A DNA stretch of 64,000 bases from Hamiltosporidium tvaerminnensis FI-OER-3-3 (GCA_022605425.2 CM061247.1:1674001-1738000); one strand, 5' to 3'; shown: positions 11,896 through 25,841, counted from the first letter of the stretch. Numbers and translations are program-made. Notes: a model not told the origin generated them from the sequence alone.

Positions 11896-13634
11896 TTTAA
11901 GGTTTATAATGCTAAAAATAATCAATTGCTATTCAACCGTTAATTTTTTAATTGATTAATAGGTCAACAATGAGCTCTGAAAATTCTTTCTTATGTTACA
12001 TCCTCAATAGAAATATATTCGTAGAAAAAAGAAAGTTTCAACATTGTCTATATCAACAAATAACTCAATGCAGTTAATACATTATAATTAATAATTTTTT
12101 TTGAGCGGTCTGCCTTATCTTCTTCTTAATATTTAAATTTCAAATCGTCAGAACTAATTAAGAATCAGTCTATTCAAGAAATCTTTGAAAATAAGTAGTC
12201 GAAGTATAAATGAATATAGGATTAAAAAACCACGCATTTATTATCAACAGACCAGAATATACGATTCAACTATGAAATCTCAGTAGAGTATAGTTTGAAA
12301 ATTTAAATTACACCAGAAGACCCGCATATGATCTTCACACCTAAAAAGCTAAGAAATATCACTTTATTTTAATAAATTTGTCTTATTTATAGATAAAATG
12401 TCAAGATAATTACATATGTGACAAATTGGAATAAATTGGGACTAGCTTCCATGTTATTTACATCAGAAGCATTTAAAATATTGAAAAAGCATATATTCGG
12501 TAGTAATTTGCAAAATCAGAGAATCTATTTTATTCGATTCAAGCCGGGTTTTAATCTAATCGGATTTTGCGAGGATAAAAAAAACGACATTATTTGATGT
12601 CATGTATGTAACCAGAGAACATAAAAAAATCTTCACTGCTTAAAATACCGCCTAAGCAATACCAAGGTACTAGCTAAACAAATATCAAGATTAATGGACT
12701 TAAAATGAACATGAAACTAAATCAGCAAACCATTTACTCAAAATATATGAAAATGTTGGAATCAATGAACGTGCCAAAATAATACAAGCGGTGAAACAAT
12801 GCGAAAAACACAACTTAAGACTAATTTAAATGAAAAATTTTAATGTTGCTTGAATTCATATTAAGAGGAAAAGATGAATGAAAACTTTTTCTTCAATTTA
12901 AATTTGATTATAGTTCTATTTACAATTTTTAATTTGAGATCGAAATTTTTTAATGTTTGAATACACTGGTTTAATTGTTAGAACAAAAAATACGGAATAA
13001 GTTCGGAATTTTTTTTAATAAAAATTTTTCCTCAGTGTTCGATTGGGCAACTGCTATAAGATCTATTGAAAATACATATCCTGGCATAAATCCTGATTTC
13101 AAAAAAATTTTTTATTTCAATTTTCTCGAGCTATCTCAAAATTAAATAAATCAGAGTATGAATGGGTTAAAACTTAAAAGTCAATTTTAAATTGAAAAGG
13201 CTCGCTCATATCACGCAAAAGCAATGTTTGCATTCAAGGCTATATATTAAACTGAAAAAATACTAAATCTACGATTATTTTGCGTTGAACAATGCAACGC
13301 GTAGGTATAATGCTTCGAAAATCCTTTAATTCTATTGGAGGAGATACATCAAACGTAGAAAAATGTCGCAATAATTTGAAATATGAATATTGGGAGCATA
13401 GTGAAGAAATCGAAATTAAGCATAATCTTGAGTAAACAATAAATGCGTTAGGAGTTTAAATAATCATGAAGCACTCGGAGAAGATGAAATAGCAGCGAAC
13501 TTGTAAAACACAGATGCAATAAAACACTCGAAAATAATCATGAATTGGTTCAAATAACATGTAATAAGGAATAAAATGTCCGATGAATGAAATTAACCTC
13601 CGGTATATCTTACATGTCTATTCATTTACTAATT

Positions 13635-13845
13635 TCGTTCCTCTATTATTTCTCGGTGCCGAGGAGGAACAAATTGAAATTTTCCATTTGTTTCTTTTAG
13701 TCTGTTGTAACCCGAGATCATGAAGGATTGGCTTATAGATCCGGTGTGGGTGATATCCCAAAAAGAGACATCAATGGTTTTCACACAAATTCTACGCCCT
13801 GGTTGTCAATCAGATAGTTTTATATATAGTTATCCACTCTCCACC
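13635..13845. repeat. Family B repeat copy 2
   Basis: Shares GAAATTTTC.ATT.GTTTCTTTTA.TCTGTTGT, GGATTGGC, TTTCACACA and the terminal TTAT..CTCCACC with 9635-9850. Confidence 0.75.
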
Positions 13846-13949
13846 CTAATATCAACAAGGAATAGAATGAAAATCACTGTCAAATCCAGGTTATAAAGTT
13901 ATACGAGATTGTTGCAAATAGGTTAGGGATGAGCAGAAGAATTATTCAT

Positions 13950-14750
13950 ACTGATTTCTAAAGTCAATCGAAGAATATCAAATATTTATAATGAAAAAAA
14001 TTTTGAAAGAATGCAGCATCATAATATTCCTAAAATTAACCTTCCAGGATTTTAAACAAGCTTATAATTGTATCTGATGGTAAATACAAGCTTAGCTCTT
14101 GAGGTTTAAAAAATTTGTACAAAGCTGATAAGAAAGATAAAAATATAAATAGCAAATGATAGTTGAAATAATTTTAGAATAAGCAAGGGGGCATAACAAG
14201 GAGACACATTATCGTTTAGACTATTTAATCAGGCAATGAAACGCATTATCTAGAAACTTAAACTTTAAAATAAATATGCTTATCAACAGAAAATTCTTCT
14301 ACTTATGTATTGAGGCGATCTAAGTATTAATTGGTAAAACCAAGAAGACATAAAACTTTTTTTTAACGCAAAAAAAAATCGACAAGTTACGCCCTAAACA
14401 TAAATCAGAACAAAATAAAGGATATTGAAATGACATTGATGCTGTATAATTTATAAATTTCCTAGAAATTGACATATTAAAATTTACAGAGTTATCGAGC
14501 TATATACTCAGGAACTCATATAATTGAAAGTATCAAAAGCAATGAAAAAATTAAGGAACTAATAAATTCGTATAACAATGTCTACCGGATATTGCAATCC
14601 TCGATGAAATTAAGGTGTATAAGAGGGATTTAAAAATGAATGTTTTTAGGGTTATAATAAGACAGGTTTTAATGAATACTTCTTTGACCCGGATATAACA
14701 TATAGAGATTAAGCGAGTTTAACGCGTGGGAAAGCTAATTACTTTGAAAA
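13950..14750 (+). mobile_element. Heavily decayed LINE reverse transcriptase remnant
   Basis: CAAGGAGACACATTATCG..CTATTTAAT (QGDTLS..LFN) near 14197-14230, followed at the expected spacing by CTTATGTAT..GATCTA (LMY..DL) near 14302-14322. Many stops; boundaries approximate. Confidence 0.55.
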
Positions 14751-17082
14751 TATATGATCAAAATACATAAAATTGTGCGAAAAAACATTGAAAGAATCAA
14801 TAAGTTTATAATCTCTATCATAAATGATAATTTGTCAAATAAAAAGGGACAATTAAGATACCTAAGACATGTATTATGAATGCCACCTGATTGGTGTGAA
14901 AGTCAAGTCCAGTTGTATAAAGCCAATGAGAAAAGAAGAGAAGTCAGACCCTGTAACAGAAGAATAGATGCATCCAATAAGAATCTGAGAATGCTTAATG
15001 AAATATGGTAGAAGACAAGGGCGCAAGATAGATAAGAACAGAAAAAAGATCGTTAAAGAGACCCGAGCTTTTATGGGGTTGTAGTATCTCTTATAAGAGT
15101 GTAAAATTTGCAACCATAAATTTTTATGGTATGAAGTCGGGAGCATCAAATTAAGTCATTTTAAAAAATATAAAAAACTTTATTAATTTATTATTTGATT
15201 AAATGCATGAAAATATGAAACTCATATTATCTTTAGTGTTCTTAATAAATAAACTAGAACATTGCCTATTTTAGTTTGTTTTTGCTAATAAGCTCTTTTT
15301 ATAGTCTTCTTCTGCCGTTACTTTTTTTTTATGTTTAAATTTGCATACCTCTATAAAATCAAATGTATCAAATAAAAAAGGCATAATCGAAAAATATAAT
15401 CCCAAAGTTTATTTTTAATCTTATAATTTCTATTTATTTAACATTTTTTGAGCCCAATTTGATAGAATTACATCCTATTGCACAAGTAAAAATTAATATA
15501 AAATTTTTAAAATCTTAAAAATTATATTCATCTCACATCCAAAATATTTTAATAGATATTATAAGAAATGCTATATGCTGTGTTTTCCAATTATTAAATG
15601 AAGAATTCAAAATCAATCCAAACAAAATAATTTTTCGACTTATACATTTTAAGAACAAAAAATGATTTAAGATTGAAATTTAATAAAAAAACAACGATTC
15701 CACATATTTTTAAAATCAAAAAATTCAAATATATACATTTATTGTTCTAAAACCTTGTATAAAAATTCAATAGTAGAATAAATTTGCTATTATTACAAAA
15801 ATATTTTATAACTTAGCAGTGGAGATTCTAGAAATATAATTAAACACTCATTACTAAACAATAAGAAAAACTATAAATGAGACCTCCATTTTTAATCTAA
15901 AAACATAATAGTTTTATTTTCATGAGCCCACCACTTTAAACAAGGTAACATAAAAATATTCTTGTTGAATTATTCAAATTGATGTGTTTCTGGGGACTAT
16001 TTGAAATATTCTAGATTTCATTTTATCGTAAATTTATAGTTATGATTCATTTTTAACATTTCTCTTTTCATAAAATTCAGATTTTCATAAATATATTTGC
16101 AAAAAAAATCATCCTGTGGTTATTATTACTTTTAATTTCAATAAAAATAATAAACTTGCAAAAAAAAGTCAAAGGCATGAAGCTTCGAAATTTATGTAAG
16201 ATATTAAAAAACCTGTAGTATAGATTTACAAAAATTAAATGGTATCAGAAACAACTTCGGTTTAATGAAAAAAAAATCATACGAATTATTGGTTTTAAGT
16301 GTCAAGTCTTTGGAACAGAGAGGCTGAATTTGAACATTCAAATTAAAAAATTCATGGGCCAAGCTCATGAATTCTGAATTAGAAAGTTTAAAGGAAACAA
16401 ATGGAAAAATATAAGTACTGGCTCAAAAATTAATGATTCGGCGTGGAAATTTGACTATGACTTATGAAACATAAAAGTAAGATGTTTATCCGATAGAAAA
16501 GAAGAATTCGTGTCCGCTAAAGTAATTCGACACCTTAAACGCGTCTTTCTGTAGAGGAATGGAGCCAGGAAATTTTAGGACATTGATATATCAGAATATG
16601 AGTGCGTTCTATATCTTTATCCGCAAAATCATAAAGTAAAATAAAACTGGAAACGAATAGTAATTTAGTTAAACTAACAATATCATTCCCATTTCAAATA
16701 TTTTTAAGAATAAATTTGCTTGATTTAGAATGATAAGATTATATCTATCTAAACTTGAACCAGTATGAACAGTTTTGTAAAGTTTCAAAATTATTTTCTA
16801 ATCTATTAGTAAAATGTATGGGTTAATCTGTGATTTTGGAACACATTTGCTATTATTTAAATTTATCAAAATATTTTTCAAATGTATTTAGTTAAAGAGC
16901 GACTTCAATTGAAATTGTGTATAATATTCTGCATAGAAACGTATGTTTTTTTATCCATGAGTCATATTTTTATTGTACCCAACAAGTTTGTTTTTTTCAT
17001 TCTGCAATTCAATCGAAAATACATAATTTCTATGTTATTTTAGGTAATTAACATATCGGAATAAGCTCGCGCCTATATCTGA

Positions 17083-17805
17083 CTTTATTTAAAAGTATCA
17101 CATATTTTTGAATAGTGGCAAGTGTTATATGTATTTGCATGACATAACGTAGTTCTAGGTTTAACATAATTAACTGCTACCTCAACACTCCATCGGTAAC
17201 CCCTGCGATACCTACGTCCTAAAGCCTTTAATAAACCAGGTGTTTAGAACCTAATTAATAGGCGAGGTAGTTGCCCGGATTTCGTTAATGTCTGTTGCAT
17301 GGAGTGTGATCGAAGGCCGAAGCCCTCCTGGGCTCCCAAAAGACTATGCAGCATTTCCACATACTCTACACTTTCTGAACCCAATAAACTTTTAGCAAAG
17401 ATATATTTCAGAGATTTACATGGGGTTCACCTAGACAGTACAATGTCATACCAACAGGTATAACCTGCTACTTAGCTATCCCGGCTTTTAATAGTTTTTT
17501 GTTTTATCTCCCAGGCGCTAAGTCATCTAACCCGAGTGAGCAAGGCTAGGTTTCCATGCTTTTACATGTCAATTACCTACATGTTCAGCTGCGGTCTGCA
17601 ATCTGGTTACATAAAAAACTACAAATAAATTCGTAGAAAAAGTTTCTCCATTTCTTAGACCTCTCCTCCTCATAACAACTCCCATGGAACAACCGAAGAT
17701 GTAGTGTGGTTGTAATCCCACAAAAATTCAAACAATGACCTCACACCAGTTTCACACACTCATTGCCAAACAGAAAGTTTTTTATGTTGTTATCCTCCCT
17801 CCACC
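17083..17805. repeat. Family A repeat copy 2
   Basis: Full-length alignment to 5020-5740. Confidence 0.93.
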
Positions 17806-18538
17806 TCCAAGATCTAAAAAATATATTGGCATTTAAATATCTTTTGATTTGAGATACAATCCAAAAAAATATTTTCAATATGGTTATCCCACAATGAGCA
17901 ACTTTAAGAAATGTAAATTTAAAGTTTACAAATTTATACCATGTTAAGACTATTAAGTTAAAATTATTGATATAAATGTATATTTTAATGTAAATTTAAC
18001 CTTAATTTTAATAATTTACAGTGTCGAAACCGAAATTCAGCCAAAATATTTAGAAATCGTATTCAAAGGCTCATTAATCGAAATCAAGATGTTATCATGA
18101 ACAATTTAGTCCATCAATACGTGAGAAACAAAAATAAGACAATTTTGTTAGAGAGAAAGCTTGATTTATAGATTTAAACATGCAAATTCTTTATAATTGT
18201 AAAGATTTTTGTAAAATTAAATAATATTTAAATTATTTAATCTATAAAAATGTAAATTCAATGTGAAATTATGTTTTAAAATCGATTTACCAATATCGCG
18301 AACTTAAAATACTAATCAAAAAATTTAAAAGAATAGAAATGAAGAAAATATTTCACTCTGTTTTTGATAATAATAGTTCCAAATTTTATTTCAATATGCT
18401 AAAAAAATTTGTTATCAAGAAAAAACCGAAAATAAAACACTAATCGTTAGTTATATTGTTATAGAAACAAATAAAATATTCTAAAAAAATCGAAAATTTT
18501 ATAAGAAACAAAGAAATAGAAAACTTTTTATTTTTTTA

Positions 18539-19432
18539 TTAGCATGAAATAATTTCATTATCATTATCTTGATCCGAATTCTTTAGAAGTATATCTTTAA
18601 GTCCAGAACCATAATATGAACAATCCATGACAGAATGAAAAACAATAAAAACACAATAATGAGCATATATAATGCATTGATGTTTACACTAATTGTAAAT
18701 AGTTAACTTACAATTTGCTCGCAATATACGATAAATAGGCCCGATAAATTTGATACATGAATCTTAGTCCTATTATTAGAATAGTTAACAGTTTCATTTT
18801 TAAATTTTCATGGACGTTTTTTCTAAAAGAATATGTCAAGAAGGATATAGTTATGATTTCTATAAGAAGATGCTATCCACGTTTCTGAAGTTCAAGCCCA
18901 TGGGAAATTATAGCAATTAAAACTACAAAATTTAGGTATATAAAATAAATCCAGAAACTTTCCAAAGCCTTGCGAACCTAATTAGATAAAAACTTACTAA
19001 AAAAGCATTCTTTATATCAGAATTAGCGCCTAAATATCTATAATATCTCCAAAGAATTTTATCATAAACACTTGGTAAATTCTTATACAATGTGACATAG
19101 AATAGCAAATTTATAATCAATTGTAAATATTTTATATAGCCGATATTTACTGTCATATAATATCTTAGTTTGGCAAAAATTACATATGTTTCGATTAAAT
19201 ATAATATTAAGATTTCTGAAACTGAATATTCATTGAAAATTCTTGCCAGACAAAAGAATAAATAGAAATAGTTGTACAAAATACTAAATTAAAATTCAAA
19301 AATACTAACACCGTGTATATCTAAACCCTTGGTAATAAAACTGCTACTCTCATATAATATTATAGCTTCTATTACGTAAATCAAAAAATTCCACATTGCT
19401 ATTTTTGCAAAGAAATCCGAATTAATATACAT
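18539..19432 (-). pseudogene. Pseudogene paralogue of the 6089-6973 membrane protein
   Basis: Shared motifs (FSILYN, NIGYIKYLQ, YLGAN.DIKNAF, SGLKDILL). Introns at 18978-18997 (20 nt) and 18689-18711 (23 nt). In-frame TAA in exon 1, TAG in exon 2 and a 1-nt deletion in exon 3 relative to the paralogue. Confidence 0.85.
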
Positions 19433-20024
19433 GCATAAATAAAACCATCGATTTAAATATTAAATATATTTCTGGAATATTCTCGAAAATTTCATAAATT
19501 AATTTCATTAATATATAATAAATTGAAATGTGAAATAATTCAAAACCATAGATCTAATATTAAGCACATTAAATGATTTTTTATGTGATTTATATATATA
19601 ATACATTGATTCATTCCCCATTTTAAAAGGTTTTTTTATAATAATACCTAATTTTAAAAGTTGATAATATCATCACTTACAAATGTCTCGATTATGATTC
19701 AAACTAGATGAAAATTTGCTTTATTGTTGTAACTTGTTCTATTATGTCTTATGTGTTTATATCTGTGAATAATCAATAAAAATATAGTGCAGATACAGAA
19801 AGAATAGTGTCGTTTATCGCTTAAACAATAGAGAAAAATTTGGATTATTGAAAAAATTTTCTATATTTTAAACATCAAAAAGTAGATTTTATGATTTCGA
19901 GAGGTTTAAGCTTTTTTTGTTATAAAGTCATTTTTGGGTAATGATTAAACCTATAAAACACATCTTGTATGTTCTAAAAAAAATGCTTCACATAAATCAA
20001 TTAGGTAGATTAATGTACTTCAAA

Positions 20025-20262
20025 TTTCCAACCATCCCGGGAGCTCAATTGGCTTGATGTATTCTATGCTTGTCTTAAGAAGCGATTAAAAGAGACTGAT
20101 CTCTGATGTTGTTGTTAGGCGTAGGGGTAAAAACCCACCCTCTAAAACCACTTTGTTACAAAAGCCAAAAAAAGTAAACAAACCCACTGGAAAAAAACTG
20201 GGGAGCGGTATTACTGAGGACCGCCAAACACTGCAGGGTTTAGTGCTGATGATTAATGAATA
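20025..20262 (+). mobile_element. Putative non-autonomous RTE-like element (5' leader fused to 3' tail)
   Basis: GC-richer island flanked by TACTTCAAA direct repeats (20016-20024, 20263-20271). The 5' part GTTAGGCGTAGGGGTAAAAACCCACCCTCTAAAA and the 3' part CAGGGTTTAGTGCTGATGAT resemble RTE-clade ends as I recall them. Confidence 0.5.
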
Positions 20263-20581
20263 TACTTCAAAATATTTTTTTGAGTTTAAGAATAAATGAT
20301 TATGTAAATATTTCTATGCCAAATGTAATAAATTAAGCTTAAATTGTTGCAGTATCTACATTTGCAATTAAGTATCTATTGGTATAGTGAGAATTTGGTT
20401 TTTTAGGTTATTTGATGCAAGTTTTATAAAAAAAGCATAAATATCTGTAAAATGTAGAATTTCTGCAAATAAAATTCTTAACTGTTTGAATTTTTACTTC
20501 GAAAATGATATGTTTTGAAAAAAAGAATTAAGATTTAAAGGGAAATTATAATTATTCATGGAATATTAAACCTTTTTTGTG

Positions 20582-21385
20582 ATGATTATACCAGACGGCA
20601 TAATGAAGTGGTTAGATGCCAGCCCCTTTTATTCTTAAATAGATATCGATTTAAGTCTTTAAAAATAATTAGAAACCACTCAGTTTAAGAAATTCTTGAT
20701 AATGCATATGCAAAGATAGGAGGGAATATTGGAATAAAAACGGATGTCAAAATTGGAAAAAATAGGCTAGATATAGATATATTTTAGATAAGAATAAAAG
20801 GAAGATTACACCCATTAAAGTAGAAATTACTTAACAAGATTCACTTCAAATAGTTGAAACCGAAAAACCTAGGAATTATGGCTTGCTATCCAATGAGTTG
20901 GGTCTTTTAAGGTGTAGTGTTGAGATAATCCCATATGTGCTTACTTGGGATGGTATTGTGATAAAATACAGTAGGCCATGGCTCAAAAAACTGTAAATAC
21001 TTTTGAATGCAGAGGCATATATTCAATATATAGTACTTAAGAGAAGTTCAAAAAAATCACCTTTGATTGACGAAAAAGACTTGAGTCGAGACAAAATGCC
21101 GAAGAAACTGGGAAAGAGCGTCAAAAGGGGTTATTAGCAGAGCTTAGATGCACCTGGAACCAAAAGCCCTGTAAAACAACCGGGTAACGAAGTAAGGTGG
21201 TGTTAAACATATAAATCTGAAAATAATTAATCTCTCATTTTGATGGAAGAATCACAATAGAAGAACCCACAATAAACATAAATGAAGAATCAGATATAGA
21301 AGAATAAAAGATGGTGGTTAAAGAGGTAGAAGGAAATGATAAAGGTGTAAAAAAATGTTTTGACCTAGAACGTTATTACTTAAAA
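20582..21385 (+). mobile_element. Decayed 3' fragment of the RLE LINE
   Basis: Collinear with 11087-11890 (GATTATACCAGACGGCATAATGAAG...); multiple stops and indels. Confidence 0.9.
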
Positions 21386-22027
21386 GTATTACCTTTTTTT
21401 TCAATTTTAAATCTAATATATAAAATATTTGTTTTAAAAAAAATTTTTAAATTTAATAGTCGATAAAAAGACTTATAAAATCACAAAGTTAAATTTCAGA
21501 AGTATATATATTTTTGATAATTTTTTAATTCAAATGAAACAAATAGATAAATAGAATTTTATTGCTCAAACATACATTAATATATAATTCGAAAATCAGT
21601 ATTTTAATTTTTAATAAAAAAGCTGAAATTAGAGTAATACTGTATTGAATTAAGAAAAAAATCTAATTTTTTTATGATTGTATTATTTTTTTATATTCTT
21701 TAAAAATAAATTTGAATAATTTATTATTCCAGCAAACTGTTAAATAAAAATTCAATTATATTGTAAATATAAAATTGCTCGAAAATACCATCTTCTATGA
21801 TTTAATAAATTTTGTCCAATCTCAGTTCAACAAATAAATCTAATATTTAACTCAAACACAATACTCTGTTTCATAGGAATTCATAAATACTGTGTTAAAT
21901 AAGATTTATTTGCTCAAGTTTTCATATATCTTTATTCTATATACTTTAAACAAATAAATTTAGATGAAACTGTCTCAAAAATGTTTCACTTTGTAATTCC
22001 TTTAAAAATACTTAAATAATATAAACA

Positions 22028-23753
22028 ATGTTTACCCTTATGGTAATCTATAAATTGCTTATTTCAAAGGATTACGATGGATATATAATAAACCTAGCAG
22101 ATGAACATATTAATGAATATGTTTCACCCTCTGATAATTTGATTGAGTACGTAACACATTTCACAGGTTAAAATGGGATGGCATTGATTTTAAAAAATGG
22201 TTCATCTGTTTTATATACTGATTCAAGATATTTTATTCAAGCGGAAAAAGAACTTTCCAATGATTTTAAACTTAAAAAAATGGGAATCGATGAAAATATT
22301 TATGAATATGTTCAAACAATTGGCGGAATAAAAAAAATAGCTATAAATTACAAAAATATTTCATACAGTCGTTTGAATGATATGAGAAGTAAATTTGAAA
22401 AGAATGGTGTTGAGATTGTTCATGATGATTTAACAGAGTCTATATGGCCGAATAAACCAAAAATAACATATAATGAGATAATTGATTTGGAAAAAATTAA
22501 AGCGAATACATTTTTAGATGTAAATTCGAATGAAAATATTACTGGATCAAATTATATGGATAAAATAAATAAATTGAGAGAAAAACTTTCAGATGACCAG
22601 GTTTTTATTTTAAGTGAATTAGATAGTATTTCGTGGCTTTTTAATCTGAGAGGAAGTGATATTGATTATAATCCGGTATTTTATGCATACAGTATTATCT
22701 CAAATGACAAAGCCATAATATTCATTGATCGAGAGATCGAAAGAAAGGATGTGGAAATAAAGAAATATTCAGAATTTTATGATTTTTTAAAAGGTGTCGA
22801 GGCAACCCAGGTTTTTGTCAATTAGATGCAATGCTTTCATTGTTACTGAATTGGGTGAAAAAAAAGTTGAAGTAAGTGATTTAATTGGGGAATTAAAAAG
22901 CCAGAAAAATGAAATCGAAATAAAAGGTTTCGAGCTTGCTCATATTAATGATGGGATTTCACTTTGTAGTCTATTTGAATGGATGGAAAATAATATTGGT
23001 AAAACAGAAAAAACGATTGCAGATAAACTGGAAGAATACAAACGAATGCTATCCGGATTTATATCACCTAGTTTTGATACAATATCAGCTTATGGACCAA
23101 ATGCTGCAATTTTTCATCATCTTGCGAGTGAAACAGTTGTGGAAAGTAGAAATCTTTTTCTGATTGATTCGGGTTCTCAGTATCTTTATGGAACAACAGA
23201 TGTAACTAGAACTATACATTTGGGAGAACCAACAAAAGAACAAAAACATGATTTTACTTTGGTTTTAAAAGGACCGTTGGCTGCAATGAGACAAGTATTT
23301 CCAAAAGAAAAGGATTCTTCTGTCTTAGACACATTAGCTAGAATGTTTTTATGGAATGAGAAAAAGGATTTTGGTCATGGTACTGGACATGGTGTAGGTC
23401 ATTTTTTAAATGTACACGAAGCACCGCCTGGAATAAGCCAGAAAGGTGATTTGTTGAAAGAAAATCAAATATTCAGTATTGAGCCAGGATTTTATAAAGA
23501 GAATGATTATGGAATAAGAATAGAAGACCTTGTTGTTGTTAAAAAAGATGAAAACTTTTTTAAATTAGAAAATCTTACTATGGCGCCATTGCAACTTAAA
23601 ATGATGGATTTAAATATTTTAAATGATGATGAGGTAAACTTCATAAATGAATTTAATAAAAAAGTCGGATTTGTTTTACAAAATAAGCTTGAAAAAGGAC
23701 ATGGCTATGATTTTATGATGAGGAATACAGAGGAAATCAAGCTTAATGAATAA
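22028..23753 (+). pseudogene. Xaa-Pro aminopeptidase P pseudogene
   Basis: Near-identical to 60645-62372 but with TCA>TAA at 22169-22171 and a 2-nt deletion near 22823 (AATTCCAGA to AATTAGA), which splits it into the ORF-track fragments. Confidence 0.9.
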
Positions 23754-23840
23754 AATGTGGATCTCTAGATCATTTTTTTAATTTTTAATGTCTTCTAAAT
23801 TAGCATCATTTGAGTAACATTTATATTATTTCATAATAAA

Positions 23841-25485
23841 TGTCGCAGTCCATAATGCCCCCCTCATGTCCTTATTGCCCATTATTTCTAATACCCCCCC
23901 CCTTTATTTTCACTATTTTTTTACCCGCTTTATTTTCTATTCATTCATGTTTAAATCCCCCAGATTAAAATATAAAGTAGTTCTTCTAAATATAATAGGT
24001 GACGAGTGAAATTAAATTTTTATATACTTTATATTTGATTTTTCCCTCCGAATTTTTTTATCGTAATCGACTTTAAAACCAAACCATTTCCTTCTATGTT
24101 AACATTTCATATTTTAAAAATAACATATATTTAAAAAAAATAAAAAAACGAAGTAAAATTAAATAAGCTTTATTATCACTTTCTAAAAAGTTATTTTTTC
24201 AGCATTAACATTTTCTAATTCTATCATATTACTATTAAAACTATTCGTCACTGCTAAGACATAATCTTTAAGAAAGCATCAAACGGGCGCGTTTAGTTTT
24301 GTATTATTGTCAAAATCTTTGTTTAACAAAACCTTATCACCAAGAATAAGATTACTTATTGTTTTATTTGAAGCTTTACTTTCGATGATTTTTTTTATAT
24401 TTTTCAAAATGTTTACACACTTCCGTATTAGTTTCAAAATTCTTATTAGTTTATAAATCAGTGGTTGTTTAAGATGAAGCAAGATATCTAGGCTCATTTA
24501 CTTCATTATACATTTAAGACTCAATCTCTAAATTCCACTGTATCTTTATATCCCGGATACTGTTTTCTTGCTGTTTACATCAGAAATTATTTCGTCAATA
24601 AATACTAAATCACCCTTTAATCCTCTATCACTATATTACAAGAAAGAAGATTATAAATCAAGTTGGCCATTACAGGGTTGTAATGATGATTCATTTGAGG
24701 CCCTATGTATTGTTCTATTATAACCCCATATAACATCGTTTTTAAAACTGATCCATCTTATTCTACTAGTAACATATAACTTTTTTTGCTAACTATCTTT
24801 TAATGTTTGATTCATCCGTTCGATTTTACCCGAGCCTTTGTATTATGTGGTCTTCCATATATAATTTGAGTGTTAAGAGCTGTTAAGTATGTTTCAGCTA
24901 TTAATTTTGAAATTCTTTATCATTATCGGATTTAATCACTACTTGAATACCGAAGTTATCAAAAATAAATTATGAGGAATCGTCTACAGCCTGTGAAGTT
25001 TGAGGGATGTCTGTACTCCCAGAAATGCGTTGTATAGGTCTCAATTATGTTTTAGTCTAATAAACCCATCATCTTGATCAGCATATCTTCTAAGATCTAC
25101 ACAATTAATAATAAATAAACTATATTATTTTTGTGAATGTATTTATCGGTAAGAGTCATTTTCTCCGAAATTTGTTTCTCTATAACATGTTATTGCATTT
25201 TAAAACATTTATTCTGTCTATAATATCAAACAATACCAAGCCGTAAAACTTTGCTTTGAGATTATTTGTATATGTATTGCCTGTTAATATTTTGGTCTCA
25301 AAGGCTATAATCTGACTATATAAATATAGAAATATCATAGAAGGAATAGAAGCTGGAGTAAATACGAAATATCCGGAAATTATAAGATAAAAATATAGTA
25401 CAAATAACATATATCTATTATAAATAAAGGGTGTTATTAAATATAAAACTGCATTCGAAATAACCGGGCACTAAGGACAGTGACA
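23841..25485 (-). mobile_element. Ginger-type (integrase-like transposase) DNA transposon, decayed
   Basis: TIRs TGTCGCAGTCCATAATGCCC / GGGCACTAAGGACAGTGACA (16/20 complementary), ATAAA duplicated on both flanks. Minus-strand remnants SDNDKEF (~24910-24930), SGKIERMNQTLK (~24800-24833), YNRTIHRA and GDKVLLNKDFDNN. Confidence 0.82.
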
Positions 25486-25841
25486 ATAAATAATAAATCC
25501 TCATGTAATAAAAACATTTCAATTTCACACCTATTAATGACATGTTGATTCATATTCATTTAAGTTAGATTATGCTGAAAAAAATTATGAAAGTTTCAGG
25601 AATTAGGTTTTTATGCGGTGGAGGGAGTATATAACGGTCAATTTGACTATTCAATCATTTTTCATAATTACGAAAACAGAAGGGTAATTTGATAAATTTT
25701 TTATTTTATTATTCTGAACAAAAAGAGGAAATATTAACAATGTAAAAAAATATGGAAAATATGTTCGTCTAACAAAAAGCATGTATTTTTATAAAATATG
25801 TCCAATCCAAAGTGTATTTATTTGTAGATCCGGTTCCATTT

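Larger units (their letters stand above)
20401..23835. repeat. Inverted segmental duplication, left arm (partner 60562-64000)
   Basis: Near-identical to the reverse complement of the window end over at least 3.4 kb, including non-coding DNA. The partner runs off the window edge. Confidence 0.96.

Noticed and set aside
20205-20262. Hammerhead ribozyme (CTGAGGA and CTGATGA cores)
   Set aside because: No stem II plus GAAA follows either core.
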